DNA of 59,383 bases from a virus (IMGVR_UViG_3300010214_000044:1-59383), one strand, 5' to 3'. Counted from the stretch's first letter, positions 37,487 to 46,243 are shown. Numbers and translations: made by a program. The notes: a model not told the origin generated them from the sequence alone.

Positions 37487-37897
37487 TCACAGACGCCAGC
37501 GGGCCATTTCTTCCGCCCTTCGACGAGTTTCCCGATGCGCCTCGCCATATCCAGACGCGTTCTTCTGGAGCTCGTCAATGTTGAAACTCGCCTTCTCAAT
37601 AGCTGCCAAGTAATACTGCTCCACCCAGCCATGGTCGAAGATCGTGCGCCCTTGAGAAGTACCGCTCCCAAAGATGTCCTGCGGGCTTTTCGGATCAACA
37701 ACGATGCACGCAACCTGCACGCCCTGCTCGCGCAGAAGCCGCTCCACCCGTCGAGCCTCCTTGTTGCAGGCGAAACAGATGCGGTCCCCATCCTTGACGC
37801 TCTCCACCAAAGAGGTAGTGCGGCCAGTGCTGCGTGCCGACTGCATGTAAATCCTGATTGAGCCCAAGACTGCTGCGCCGATTCCAAAATGATCCAT
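37487..37897 (-). CDS. Hypothetical protein with a P-loop-like N-terminus
   Basis: ARSTGRTT and TIFDH; start MDHFG. Confidence 0.6.
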   Translation of the reverse strand: MDHFGIGAAVLGSIRIYMQSARSTGRTTSLVESVKDGDRICFACNKEARRVERLLREQGVQVACIVVDPKSPQDIFGSGTSQGRTIFDHGWVEQYYLAAIEKASFNIDELQKNASGYGEAHRETRRRAEEMARWRL

Positions 37898-37925
37898 GTC
37901 GTTTATCTTTCTGTTGCAACGGAGT

Positions 37926-38117
37926 TCAACGTGTGCGGGCACGAGTTCCTGGCAAGCTGAACGGCAGCGCTCTGCCATGCTTGGCGCCGGCCTTGCGGCG
38001 GGAGTCCGGCTCCGGACTCTCCGGAGCATGGCGCGAGCGATACAGCACATCAAATGCATTGCCCTGGCTGCGAGGGGTGCCGTCTGGCCATCGGGTATCG
38101 GATTGGGGTTGGTTCAT
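37926..38117 (-). CDS. Hypothetical protein
   Basis: TGATG coupling with the upstream gene. Confidence 0.45.
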   Translation of the reverse strand: MNQPQSDTRWPDGTPRSQGNAFDVLYRSRHAPESPEPDSRRKAGAKHGRALPFSLPGTRARTR

Positions 38118-38308
38118 CAAAGGGCCTTTTGGCAATGGGTCAGGAGAAAGCGCAGCGTTAGTGTGTCCTCACGCGGCGCCAATTGATCGTTCTCGTTCAC
38201 TTCGCGGACAACCGCCTCGGGGTTGGCACCCTGCTCGATGCGGCGGACCTCCACAACCTTTCCGGACGGGAGAATGAAGCGCTTATAAATATGGGGAGAG
38301 CTGGCCAT
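38117..38308 (-). CDS. Hypothetical protein
   Basis: Coupled on both sides. Confidence 0.6.
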   Translation of the reverse strand: MASSPHIYKRFILPSGKVVEVRRIEQGANPEAVVREVNENDQLAPREDTLTLRFLLTHCQKAL

Positions 38309-38904
38309 CAGTTTGTATTTCTTGGGGATCCCTGCCAGAGCGGCAGCTTCTTGGGCCAGAGCCCAGCCTTCAGGATTTGTTCGCGGGTAAAGCGGCCGGC
38401 TTCAATGCCGTACTCGCGATGGGCCTCTCGCCCTCCGCTCTCGAGCAGCCGGTAGTTGTCATAGGCCACATGGCAGCCCTCGATGCCAGGACGGCTGCAG
38501 CAGAGGGGGAATCCCGTGCGGTCGTCTGTCTTGAGGCCCAGGCCCTTGCCGTAGTTGAGGTGGGCATGCTGGCTATAGCCGCTGATGCCGCACCAAAAGC
38601 AAGGCAGCTCTGCCACTAGGCGGCGGTAAGGCTCGCTTTCGATGGCGTGCTCTTTCAGCACAGCTATGCCAGTAGTGCCAGCCCCGGGGGCCATGGTGAC
38701 GTTCCCGGGCACCATGCTGGCCGTTGCAAGGGCGCTCTCGATCTGACGGGCGGCGCGCTCGGCAAGGCGCTGCTCACGGCTTTCAGCCTGGCCCGGCTCG
38801 CAGTGGTGGCCTTCGTCCTGCTCATCACGGAGCCCAGCGCCAGCCCGGCCGCTGCGAGATTGGAAGCCCTTGCCGGGCTTGAGGGGGCTGCGGCGCATCA
38901 GCAT
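38308..38904 (-). CDS. nin-region Zn-binding HNH/DUF968-like protein
   Basis: LPCFWCG..HAH..GKGLGLKTDD..PLC...CH. Confidence 0.7.
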   Translation of the reverse strand: MLMRRSPLKPGKGFQSRSGRAGAGLRDEQDEGHHCEPGQAESREQRLAERAARQIESALATASMVPGNVTMAPGAGTTGIAVLKEHAIESEPYRRLVAELPCFWCGISGYSQHAHLNYGKGLGLKTDDRTGFPLCCSRPGIEGCHVAYDNYRLLESGGREAHREYGIEAGRFTREQILKAGLWPKKLPLWQGSPRNTN

Positions 38905-39233
38905 GGCAGCACCTCCAGGGTGCGGACATCCAGAAATGCAGCCAGCCGTCGTCCATCCGGAGCGGCAATGCAAACGCCGAAGGTCTTTTCCCAGTCGAAG
39001 CGCTCATAGCGCACTTGATACACACCGTAGCGACCTACAAAGCGGTCCTGCAATATGCAGCGGGCCCTTTCCAGCGAGCAACACCGGAGGGCGACCTGAA
39101 TCCCTGACACTGCGGCATTCAAGAACGAATACAGCTCCACCAGCACGCTGTTTTGCTTTCGCGCTGCAGCGGCGGCTCGGCGGTTGAAGTGCGTGCGGAC
39201 CACGGTCCGCTTCTTGCGGACGATCAGTACCAT
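38898..39233 (-). CDS. Hypothetical protein
   Basis: Overlap-coupled within the operon. Confidence 0.55.
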   Translation of the reverse strand: MVLIVRKKRTVVRTHFNRRAAAAARKQNSVLVELYSFLNAAVSGIQVALRCCSLERARCILQDRFVGRYGVYQVRYERFDWEKTFGVCIAAPDGRRLAAFLDVRTLEVLPC

Positions 39234-39481
39234 GCGCGCCCCCAGTCCTCTACAGGGACCAGAAAACCGTAGTCGTTAAACACGTAGACAGTGCGAGCGC
39301 CCACCTGCACCCGGTTGCAGCAGCGGTTCTCCATCCAGCGCTCAATGAGGTAGCGCCCGTCCGGTAGGCGCTCATATTCCGGCCACACCAGTCGCGTGAC
39401 GCGCGATGTGCTGGGGGGCTTGCGTTCGCCGGCCAGCGGCACGACCTTGCCAAAGAAGGCGGGATTCAAAGGCTGGATCAT
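39224..39481 (-). CDS. Hypothetical protein
   Basis: ATGA overlap with the upstream gene. Confidence 0.6.
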   Translation of the reverse strand: MIQPLNPAFFGKVVPLAGERKPPSTSRVTRLVWPEYERLPDGRYLIERWMENRCCNRVQVGARTVYVFNDYGFLVPVEDWGRAWY

Positions 39482-40041
39482 TTGACAAGCCTCACTTCCA
39501 GGCCCAGCAGAGCCTTCATCAGGTGGCGCTTGAGCTTGAATTCGGCGGTCAGCACGCCCTTCACGTCCTCGATCACCTCCACGCCCTTTTCCACATAGAC
39601 AAAATCGGCCACGTAGCGGATGGCGGGCTTGACGCGGCTCGCATCAGCAAACTTCACGGCGGGCACCAGCTCATAGGCCACCTGGCGGCGCAGTTCGGTG
39701 ATTTCCCCTGCGCGCAGCTGCATGCACAGATGCCCCCAGCGGCGCGCCTCGGCTCGGCTGTCGAACTTCACACCATCGGGGGTGACGGTCTTCTTGTTGC
39801 CGTACTTGGCTCCACCGGCTCCAGATCGCTTGCCAGCGGCTTGAACCGCAGGCGCTTGAGCTCGGCTCGCACCGCTTCCCGCATTCCCAGCCACAGCCCG
39901 TGACCATGTGTCACGGATTCCTCTTCCAACTCCAAAGCCCTGTGCCTTGAGTAGTGCCACCATCCCGGCGTCATTGCCAGCTGCACCAGATGGTCCCTGG
40001 CTGCTAGGTAGTGCGTTGGTAAATCGCTTTGCATTCATCAC
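39478..40041 (-). CDS. DUF1064-family PD-(D/E)xK nuclease-like protein
   Basis: KYGNKKT..DGVKFDSRAEARR, YVADFVY, VIEDVKG. Confidence 0.85.
   Translation of the reverse strand: MMNAKRFTNALPSSQGPSGAAGNDAGMVALLKAQGFGVGRGIRDTWSRAVAGNAGSGASRAQAPAVQAAGKRSGAGGAKYGNKKTVTPDGVKFDSRAEARRWGHLCMQLRAGEITELRRQVAYELVPAVKFADASRVKPAIRYVADFVYVEKGVEVIEDVKGVLTAEFKLKRHLMKALLGLEVRLVK
39768..40034 (-). CDS. Possible overlapping 88-aa protein
   Basis: Protein-like sequence overlapping the low-complexity N-terminus of the DUF1064 gene; shares the AGGAGG RBS region. Confidence 0.4.
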   Translation of the reverse strand: MQSDLPTHYLAARDHLVQLAMTPGWWHYSRHRALELEEESVTHGHGLWLGMREAVRAELKRLRFKPLASDLEPVEPSTATRRPSPPMV

Positions 40042-40598
40042 CTGCCCTCCTGCTGCCTGTTCAGGCCCAGGGCCTCCATTGCGGCCATGCGGCTGTGCCG
40101 CGTCACCGTCTGATCGCCATGGTTGATGCGCGCGACGATCTTCCGAGCCCAGTCCTTGCTGTCGCCCTTGAGCTCGACCGGAACATCCAGCAGGCGCTCC
40201 ACCTTGGGCGGTGGCAACATGGGCAGTCCGTGCTCCTCAAAGTAGTTCTTACGCGGTGTCAGGGCTTCGCAGACCTTTGCGAACTGCGGAAGGCTTGGCG
40301 GGAACTCCGGGCACTCACGCTGAATGTTTTTGGAAGCGGCCTCGATCACGTCATCCGCAAATTCCGCCAGGGCTGCATCCCAGACCAGCTGCGCGGCTCG
40401 CATGCCCTTGTCCTCGCGGCGCTCGTTGAGCTCGCCGGTGCTGAACTTGGCCAGGAAGGCAGTGCCGTAGGCGCTTTGCAGCACCACGAACAGCTTGCGG
40501 GTGCGGATGGATGCCTCTGGGCGCTGTGCTTGGCCCTGTTGCTCGCCGCCATACAGCGCACGCTGGGCCAGATCTGCAATCTCGTAGCTGCGGCTCAT
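40038..40598 (-). CDS. Replication P-like helicase loader
   Basis: Follows the initiator; LF..L..AYG..F and EFPPSLPQF..C motifs. Confidence 0.65.
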   Translation of the reverse strand: MSRSYEIADLAQRALYGGEQQGQAQRPEASIRTRKLFVVLQSAYGTAFLAKFSTGELNERREDKGMRAAQLVWDAALAEFADDVIEAASKNIQRECPEFPPSLPQFAKVCEALTPRKNYFEEHGLPMLPPPKVERLLDVPVELKGDSKDWARKIVARINHGDQTVTRHSRMAAMEALGLNRQQEGR

Positions 40599-41677
40599 AG
40601 ATCGATCCCGTCAAAAATGGCTTTGCCAGCGCCAGCGAACTTGTGGCTTGCAGCCGGGGCCAGGGATGGGGGCGGCGTGCTCGCACCGGTCTGCTGCTGG
40701 GTGACCCACTTCTGGGCATGGCTCAACAGCAGGCTCACCGGGTGCAGTTGATCGCAGATGAATTTCTCTTCAACGCGGCGGACGTAGTGCACGGCAATGC
40801 GGGGCGCGCGCTCGGCGCCCACCTTGTCGATGAACCGCGTGATTTGCCCAGCAACGGACTCGTTCCACAGAGGCCAGTCCTTGTAGCGGCCCTGGTAGGC
40901 AATCGCATAGGCCACCCAGGTCTTGTGGCTCTTGGTGCTCTCGCCGGGGTAGCGCAGCTCACCAGGGATGACATGGGTCACTCCGTTGGGGGCTTTCACC
41001 ATCATGGGCTTGACCTCTTTGGGCTCCTTGACCTCCTTCGCCTTCTTTGGCTCTTTACCCTTCGCAGCCTTGGCGCCAGCCTGGGCTGCAATAGAGGGAG
41101 TCTCTGTAGGAGTCTTATGTGGAGTCTCTGTATTAATAACGGACTGCGTTTGGCGCAGTTCGTCGAGCGACGAATCAGCCGCCCCCGGACTGCGTTCGGC
41201 GTCATCCCCGGACTGCGGTTTAGGTTGTTCCCGAAATGCGTTTTCGTCGTTCGGGGAATGCGCTTTTGTCTGTGCCTCGGTCCAGGCATCAAAAGCAGCG
41301 TCAACGGCCTCCAAATTCAGGCGGTAATAGACACGGTGCTCAAGGCGGCGGTGTGTCTCAACTAGAAAGCCAGCCTCGCGCAGTTGCTTGCGCGCTGTGA
41401 CCTGCTCACGGTAGGAAAGGCCGGTTTCCTCGGTGAACTGCTCAGAGCTCTTGTGCGTACCCAGATCGCTCTCGCCGCGCTGGCTCCAGTAGTGCAGCTG
41501 CGCAAACAGAATGGCCACGTTCACGGAGCCAAAGAAGCGCGCCAGGCGCGGGTAATAGGCCACGGGATGGCCGACATTGGTCAGGGATGCGGAAAGGCTC
41601 ATGCGCTGGCGCTGCCTTCCTGCGCCAGCCGCGCCTTGTGTGTGCGGGGGGTGGTGTGTTGCTTCATCATCAGGCAA
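40595..41677 (-). CDS. Replication initiator (true start possibly 41602)
   Basis: wHTH region ILFAQLHYW...ETGLS.REQ.TARKQL; internal iteron-like repeats. Confidence 0.8.
   Translation of the reverse strand: MPDDEATHHPPHTQGAAGAGRQRQRMSLSASLTNVGHPVAYYPRLARFFGSVNVAILFAQLHYWSQRGESDLGTHKSSEQFTEETGLSYREQVTARKQLREAGFLVETHRRLEHRVYYRLNLEAVDAAFDAWTEAQTKAHSPNDENAFREQPKPQSGDDAERSPGAADSSLDELRQTQSVINTETPHKTPTETPSIAAQAGAKAAKGKEPKKAKEVKEPKEVKPMMVKAPNGVTHVIPGELRYPGESTKSHKTWVAYAIAYQGRYKDWPLWNESVAGQITRFIDKVGAERAPRIAVHYVRRVEEKFICDQLHPVSLLLSHAQKWVTQQQTGASTPPPSLAPAASHKFAGAGKAIFDGIDL
41131..41275. repeat. Candidate replication origin: iteron-like repeats with about 23-bp period plus an AT-rich patch
   Basis: GGACTGCG/GAATGCG-like cores with TGCG at 41145, 41191, 41214, 41237 and 41259; TATTAATAAC at 41131. 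Confidence 0.55.
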
Positions 41678-42350
41678 CCCCCTCGCTGGTCAGGCGCTCG
41701 ACAATCCATGCCTCGCCTGCGGTGGTAAACAGCGGCTGCGAATAGCCCAGCTCCGTTTGTTTCAGCTCGCCGTAGCCCTTGTCGATCACCCACTGCTTGA
41801 AAACGCGAGCGCGCTTCACGCCCATGGCATAGATGCCCAGCTCGTCCAGATACTTGTTCAGCTTGATGGCAGACATGCCCAGCTTCTGGGCGATCTGCGT
41901 GGCGGTCATCAGTGTGGTGCGTTCGACCACCTTGTCGAAGAAGTGCACCTTGGGCGCAGCTTGCGCCAGCTGAGCAACTGCGATCTGCTCGCCTTCCTTC
42001 GCGTCAGCCCAGGCGCGCGCGGCGGCCACTGGATCTGCAAAGTTTGGCAGTGCGGGGCTCTGTCGGGCCTCCAGCGCTTGCCAGCGGTCAATAACTCGGG
42101 CGCGGTGCTCGTCGCTATAGCCAGAGACAACCAGATGCGTATCACGCTCAATCAGGTCGTAGACATCAATCGGACGACCGCCGGTTACCTCGCGGCGGGT
42201 TTTACGACTTGATCGCAAAAGCCCCTTGCTGAACAAACGCAAGATGGTGGCGACCACATCGTTATGGCGTGCATCAACCAAATCTGCAATCTCGCGGCTG
42301 CTCATCGTCAGCGGCACGGCCGTCGGCGTCATATTCGTGGTCAGATTCAT
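41670..42350 (-). CDS. Rha N-terminal plus KilAC (ANT) antirepressor-family protein
   Basis: MSSREIADLV..RH.DV; VIDRWQALE; PKVHFFD; FTTAGEAWI. Confidence 0.9.
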   Translation of the reverse strand: MNLTTNMTPTAVPLTMSSREIADLVDARHNDVVATILRLFSKGLLRSSRKTRREVTGGRPIDVYDLIERDTHLVVSGYSDEHRARVIDRWQALEARQSPALPNFADPVAAARAWADAKEGEQIAVAQLAQAAPKVHFFDKVVERTTLMTATQIAQKLGMSAIKLNKYLDELGIYAMGVKRARVFKQWVIDKGYGELKQTELGYSQPLFTTAGEAWIVERLTSEGVA

Positions 42351-42793
42351 TGCTTGCGGTCCCCCATGAGTTCGGGGGCCCCAAATGGACCTATGAGCCG
42401 AGCGATTGCATCAATACGATTGGCTTCATGGTTCATCTTCTCCATCACCATTTGCCGATACGTCTTGCCGTGCACCAGGGCGTAGATGCAGTCGCGCAGC
42501 ACGCATGCGGTATCCAGGCCGCGCGCAGCGCAGTACTGCAGCCACAGGCCATAGGTGACGTCATCAATCTTGGTTTTGACGGCGCAGATCAGCTTTCCCA
42601 GGGGGCCTGCGATGCCGCGGGCGAACATCGGGGGTTGATCATCGGCAGCCAGGTGCTCGATCGCATGGTCCAAGACCTCCTGCGCGTCCTCGGGAGGCAG
42701 ACCCTTGAGCGCGTCCAGAACAGCAGCAAGCGCCGTGTTCTGGGCCTTGGACAGGTGAGTGAGTTGCGCAATGCGCTTGGTGGTGTCAGTCAT
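42347..42793 (-). CDS. Regulator in the CII position
   Basis: Follows cro; GGAGGT RBS; RHH-like C-terminal part. Confidence 0.55.
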   Translation of the reverse strand: MTDTTKRIAQLTHLSKAQNTALAAVLDALKGLPPEDAQEVLDHAIEHLAADDQPPMFARGIAGPLGKLICAVKTKIDDVTYGLWLQYCAARGLDTACVLRDCIYALVHGKTYRQMVMEKMNHEANRIDAIARLIGPFGAPELMGDRKQ

Positions 42794-43070
42794 TGCCGCC
42801 CACCTCCTTTTCTTGGGTGGATGGCTGCGCCAGCTCAGGCCAAATTTGCTCCCAGTCTTTGGGATACCAAACTTGGCGCGGGACGGCCCCCTGCGTTGCC
42901 TGCTCAATGGCAACCGCAGTTATCGGCTTTGGGCGGCGAATGCCATCCCGCCAATGACGAATCTGGTCGTCTTTCTTCGCGCCAACACTCTCGCGGAGCT
43001 GGGCTATGGATAGCGCACCTTCGGACTCAAGGTACGTCCTCAATTCAGGGCATGGCGTAAGTTTGCTCAT
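42786..43070 (-). CDS. Cro-like repressor (YdaS-like)
   Basis: IRHW..G.RRP....AIEQATQGAV...P.DW..IWPEL. Confidence 0.85.
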   Translation of the reverse strand: MSKLTPCPELRTYLESEGALSIAQLRESVGAKKDDQIRHWRDGIRRPKPITAVAIEQATQGAVPRQVWYPKDWEQIWPELAQPSTQEKEVGGND

Positions 43071-43082
43071 GCGCCGATTCTA

Positions 43083-43141
43083 TATCTTTTGATACTTATT
43101 GCGTACCTTTTGATATGTCGTCAGATCTGTACCATAAGATA
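43083..43141. promoter_or_regulatory. Three operator palindromes between cro and the repressor
   Basis: TATCTTTTGATA 43083, TACCTTTTGATA 43104, TACCATAAGATA 43130. Confidence 0.8.
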
Positions 43142-43162
43142 CGGCCTGTCTATCCTGTTCGG

Positions 43163-43498
43163 ATGGACAAAGATGCTGTTGACACCTTCAGACGCGAGCG
43201 CCTAGCTGCGTTAGCTGATCACATGGGTGGGCGTGCCGCCTTGGGTCGTGCGCTGGGGTACAAAGATGGTGGTTACGTGAACCACATGATTTCTGGCATT
43301 CGGCCGATCACTGAAAAAACTATCGTTCTCTGCGAGCAACTGCCTGGCGCCACGGGCTGGTTTAGCGACACAAAATTCCAAGAGCGTGCACTATCGCGGG
43401 AAGTGGTAGCAGCTATTGCAAAACTGGAGCCCGCTGAGGTTAGACGCATAGAAAACCTGCTGCGCGGCATGCTGGAGCTGCCACAAACACGCGCGTAA
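43163..43498 (+). CDS. CI-like HTH repressor lacking a peptidase domain, probably leaderless
   Basis: RRERL...GGRAALGRALG...YVNHMISG.RPITEK; divergent from cro; TATCCT ends 6 nt before the ATG. Confidence 0.8.
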   Translation: MDKDAVDTFRRERLAALADHMGGRAALGRALGYKDGGYVNHMISGIRPITEKTIVLCEQLPGATGWFSDTKFQERALSREVVAAIAKLEPAEVRRIENLLRGMLELPQTRA

Positions 43499-43525
43499 CG
43501 CCCGATTTTTTGACTTTCCGACAAA

Positions 43526-43570
43526 TTGACAAACTCGCTTCGCCCATGAATACTGTACGGAACAACAGTA
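43526..43570 (+). promoter_or_regulatory. Promoter with LexA box
   Basis: TTGACA at 43526; TACTGTACGGAACAACAGTA at 43551-43570 (CTGT-N8-ACAG). Confidence 0.85.
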
Positions 43571-43586
43571 TTTTCATGAGGTATTT

Positions 43587-43829
43587 GTGAGCAGCAGCCC
43601 CTCCTCAGAGGAGTCCATACAGCTTTTCCACCATGGAGGAGGGACGCTGTGCCTTGCTACCAAGCAAGAGCGGGAAGCATTCTGCCGAGGGCGGCTGGAA
43701 ACGGCTGCAGACTTGGCCGAGCTCTGCGCAATGAACATCAAGGACGATAACGCGAGTCTGCACACGACTCTGCGCCTCATTGCCAGCATGCTTCATGAAG
43801 CGAATGAGGCCATGACCGCCGGAAGTTGA
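43587..43829 (+). CDS. SOS-controlled small protein, candidate antirepressor
   Basis: GAGG RBS, GTG start, own LexA-boxed promoter and terminator. Confidence 0.65.
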   Translation: MSSSPSSEESIQLFHHGGGTLCLATKQEREAFCRGRLETAADLAELCAMNIKDDNASLHTTLRLIASMLHEANEAMTAGS

Positions 43830-43847
43830 AGACCTAATGATGTAACC

Positions 43848-43872
43848 AGCCGACAGTTGTCGGCTTTTTTTT
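43848..43872 (+). terminator. Rho-independent terminator
   Basis: AGCCGAC-agtt-GTCGGCT followed by a T run. Confidence 0.85.
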
Positions 43873-43883
43873 CGTCAAAAAAG

Positions 43884-43920
43884 TATCTTTTGATATTGCT
43901 TAAATCAATATCATTTGATA
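43884..43920 (+). promoter_or_regulatory. Two operators overlapping a PL-like early promoter
   Basis: TATCTTTTGATA 43884, TATCATTTGATA 43909; TTGCTT and GATACA boxes. Confidence 0.75.
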
Positions 43921-44312
43921 CATTCAATCCCGTCGCCAAACCAGTGCGACGGGTGCAAAGTGATCGAGCCAGCGCCCAGGTTCATGCAGCAGCACGGCTG
44001 GGTAAACACAGGGCACCGCGGGCGATAGCGGGATAGAAAAGGTCGTCGTGCGCTGTAGTCAGTACTGCTCTGCCCCTGGATGGGATCGGCAACAGGAACA
44101 TCAAAGGTCACGCGAAGTCCAGACCCTGGGGCTAAGTACGGGGGTGAGGCATACAGGGATGCCAAGAAAAGAAAAGCCCACCGCGACAGCGGCGCCGCCC
44201 GGGGCGTTACCCGGGATCAACCCACAGCATCGCGTGCGGAGCTGCGGATTGATCGCTACAGATATGCAGCTTTTCCAGCTAAATGATCGTTTTAGTACTC
44301 AGAACCCGACCG

Positions 44313-44380
44313 TATCAAGTGATATTTAAACGTTGACCAGACCCATACCTCGCCCTAAGATACTGTACAAATACACAGTG
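44313..44380 (+). promoter_or_regulatory. Promoter with an operator-like palindrome and a second LexA box
   Basis: TATCAAGTGATA 44313; TTGACC-17 nt-TAAGAT; TACTGTACAAATACACAGTG 44361-44380. Confidence 0.8.
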
Positions 44381-44392
44381 ATTGGAGAAATA

Positions 44393-44950
44393 ATGCAGTG
44401 CAAGCCTGGTGATTTGGCTATCGTCGTCAACGACTTGGAGTACCCCGTCAACAACGGCTGTCTGCTGGAAATCCTCGGCCGCGCCACACCGGGAGCTCAC
44501 TCGATCCCTGCCGACTGGGTTGGGCGCCCCCTCTCAACCTTCAAGTTTGGCGACCGCACTTGCCCTCCCGACCCGCGAAACACGGTCGTCTATCGTGATA
44601 TCGAACTTCGCCCGCTGCGCGACAACGAGGGCCCCGACGAAACCCTTGCGTGGGCTGAGCTGCCTAAGAAGGCGGGCAACCTGATTCCTGCCAAAAAGCA
44701 GGACGAGTTGGTGACAGCCACTCTGCAGACTTCTTTCCTGGGCGCCACAGTGCAATGCGCCGAGCAATTCGTCAGCGGAGCCTGGAGCCTGACTGTGCGC
44801 AGTGGAGACATGGGGTTTGACGTTCGAGTGGATGCCCATATCGCGCCGCCTGGTGGCTTTCACCCTGGCGACCGCATCCGCCTGGAATACAAAAAAGGCG
44901 ACAACCCATTTTTCGGGCCATTCATCAAGGCGCACTTGCTGAATGAATAG
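44393..44950 (+). CDS. SOS-regulated hypothetical two-domain protein
   Basis: GGAG RBS; MQCKPGDLAIVV N-terminal domain. Confidence 0.75.
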   Translation: MQCKPGDLAIVVNDLEYPVNNGCLLEILGRATPGAHSIPADWVGRPLSTFKFGDRTCPPDPRNTVVYRDIELRPLRDNEGPDETLAWAELPKKAGNLIPAKKQDELVTATLQTSFLGATVQCAEQFVSGAWSLTVRSGDMGFDVRVDAHIAPPGGFHPGDRIRLEYKKGDNPFFGPFIKAHLLNE

Positions 44951-45019
44951 CCGCCCACGTTAGCAACGGAGATTCAAAAATGTGAGCATTTAGCCTGCAT
45001 GCGGCCTGCATGTGCCCTT

Positions 45020-45388
45020 CCCCGCAGGGCTATAGCGGGGCCATCAAGAAAGAGCGCGGCACTGAAAAACTGCAACCGGGCGTGGAGTTTGGCAATCCGA
45101 GATGCCGCCACCGACAGACCGCAAGCCGGGTGATCCGCTCTTTTTCTTGATGGTGCCGGGGGTCGGCTCCCCGGTTCTTACAAACCAGGCCTGCAAGGCC
45201 CGGCTGGAATACTGCAAGAGGGTAATTGCACCGGTCTTAGGTGCCCATCATGAACACCCCGGGAAAGTAGCGGGGGCTATCTGGCGTGACTGCTCGAGCA
45301 GGTACGACAGCACAGGAATGGGCCTGGGCTGGCGGCAATTGAGAACTCGGCGCTTTGCGCCGTGGCGACAGTGGTCACGCCAGATGGC
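45020..45388 (+). ncRNA. Candidate structured RNA: two tandem hairpin + long-stem units
   Basis: Arms 45041-45056/45136-45153 and 45276-45294/45370-45388, the second with G-U pairs. Confidence 0.4.
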
Positions 45389-45604
45389 GCAGCAACCTTT
45401 TATTAACCCAAGTGCGCATTTCTGCTGCCTGACCCTCATCGGGCCGTAGAACGCTGCGTCATCGCCTTTTCGCCGGGCCTGGGGCCTATCTCCTCCCTCC
45501 CTCTCTGAACCATTCCCTAGGCAGACCCGAAAGGTCACCGGCTCTTTATCCAAGCCCGCAGCAACCGCTCGCGGGCTTTTTCTTTGCCCACAACAGGAGA
45601 CTAC

Positions 45605-45985
45605 ATGTCCACGTCTTCACCCGAGCAGGATCCCCTGCGCATCCTTGCCTACTTCTTCATCTTGGCTGATGGCCACTGCCACAGCGGCGCCCGTGCTGCG
45701 GCCGGGATGCTGCTGAGCTTCTACAACGGCCATCGCTTCCAGTTTGACCTGACAGATCTACGCGTACTGGACGAGAGGCACCTGCAGATGGCCTTGGAGC
45801 TCATGAAGTTCGACGCTCGTATAAGGCGAGAGGTGCACGACCACCTCAACCTGATGTATGGCCGCACCGACTTTGGCATGCGCTTTGAGCACATCGCCCA
45901 CAAGTGGCGCATGAAAGGCAAATGCAAGCGCGACCAGCTCACGCCCGTCGAACCCATCACCTTGGCCGACCCCTTCGCCGACTGA
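45605..45985 (+). CDS. Hypothetical phage protein
   Basis: AGGAG RBS; LLSFYNGHRFQFDLTDLRVLD. Confidence 0.75.
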   Translation: MSTSSPEQDPLRILAYFFILADGHCHSGARAAAGMLLSFYNGHRFQFDLTDLRVLDERHLQMALELMKFDARIRREVHDHLNLMYGRTDFGMRFEHIAHKWRMKGKCKRDQLTPVEPITLADPFAD

Positions 45986-46063
45986 CGCCTCAAATGACAA
46001 GCACTACTTACCCAGTTGATGAAGACCTGGTTCAGCGCCTGCGCGAGAAGGGAGGCCTGTGAA

Positions 46064-46243
46064 ATGGCCGCACATCCCCACCCTAGCCCTCGCGCTGCTG
46101 ATCGCCGCCCTGCTCCTGATCGCGCCAGCACTGGAACAAAGCTACTGATCGCCCTGCAGTGGGCCCTGACCCTATTCGGCTTTTTCTGCCTGATTGGCGT
46201 GGCCGTGGTGATCGCTAAGACTCCCAACGCCTGGCCGATGTGA
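46064..46243 (+). CDS. Small membrane protein
   Basis: GGAGG RBS, one transmembrane segment. Confidence 0.5.
   Translation: MAAHPHPSPRAADRRPAPDRASTGTKLLIALQWALTLFGFFCLIGVAVVIAKTPNAWPM

Noticed and set aside
45057-45369. tRNA genes or a CRISPR array in the early non-coding region
   Set aside because: No cloverleaf/TTCGA arm, no identical direct repeats, no cas genes
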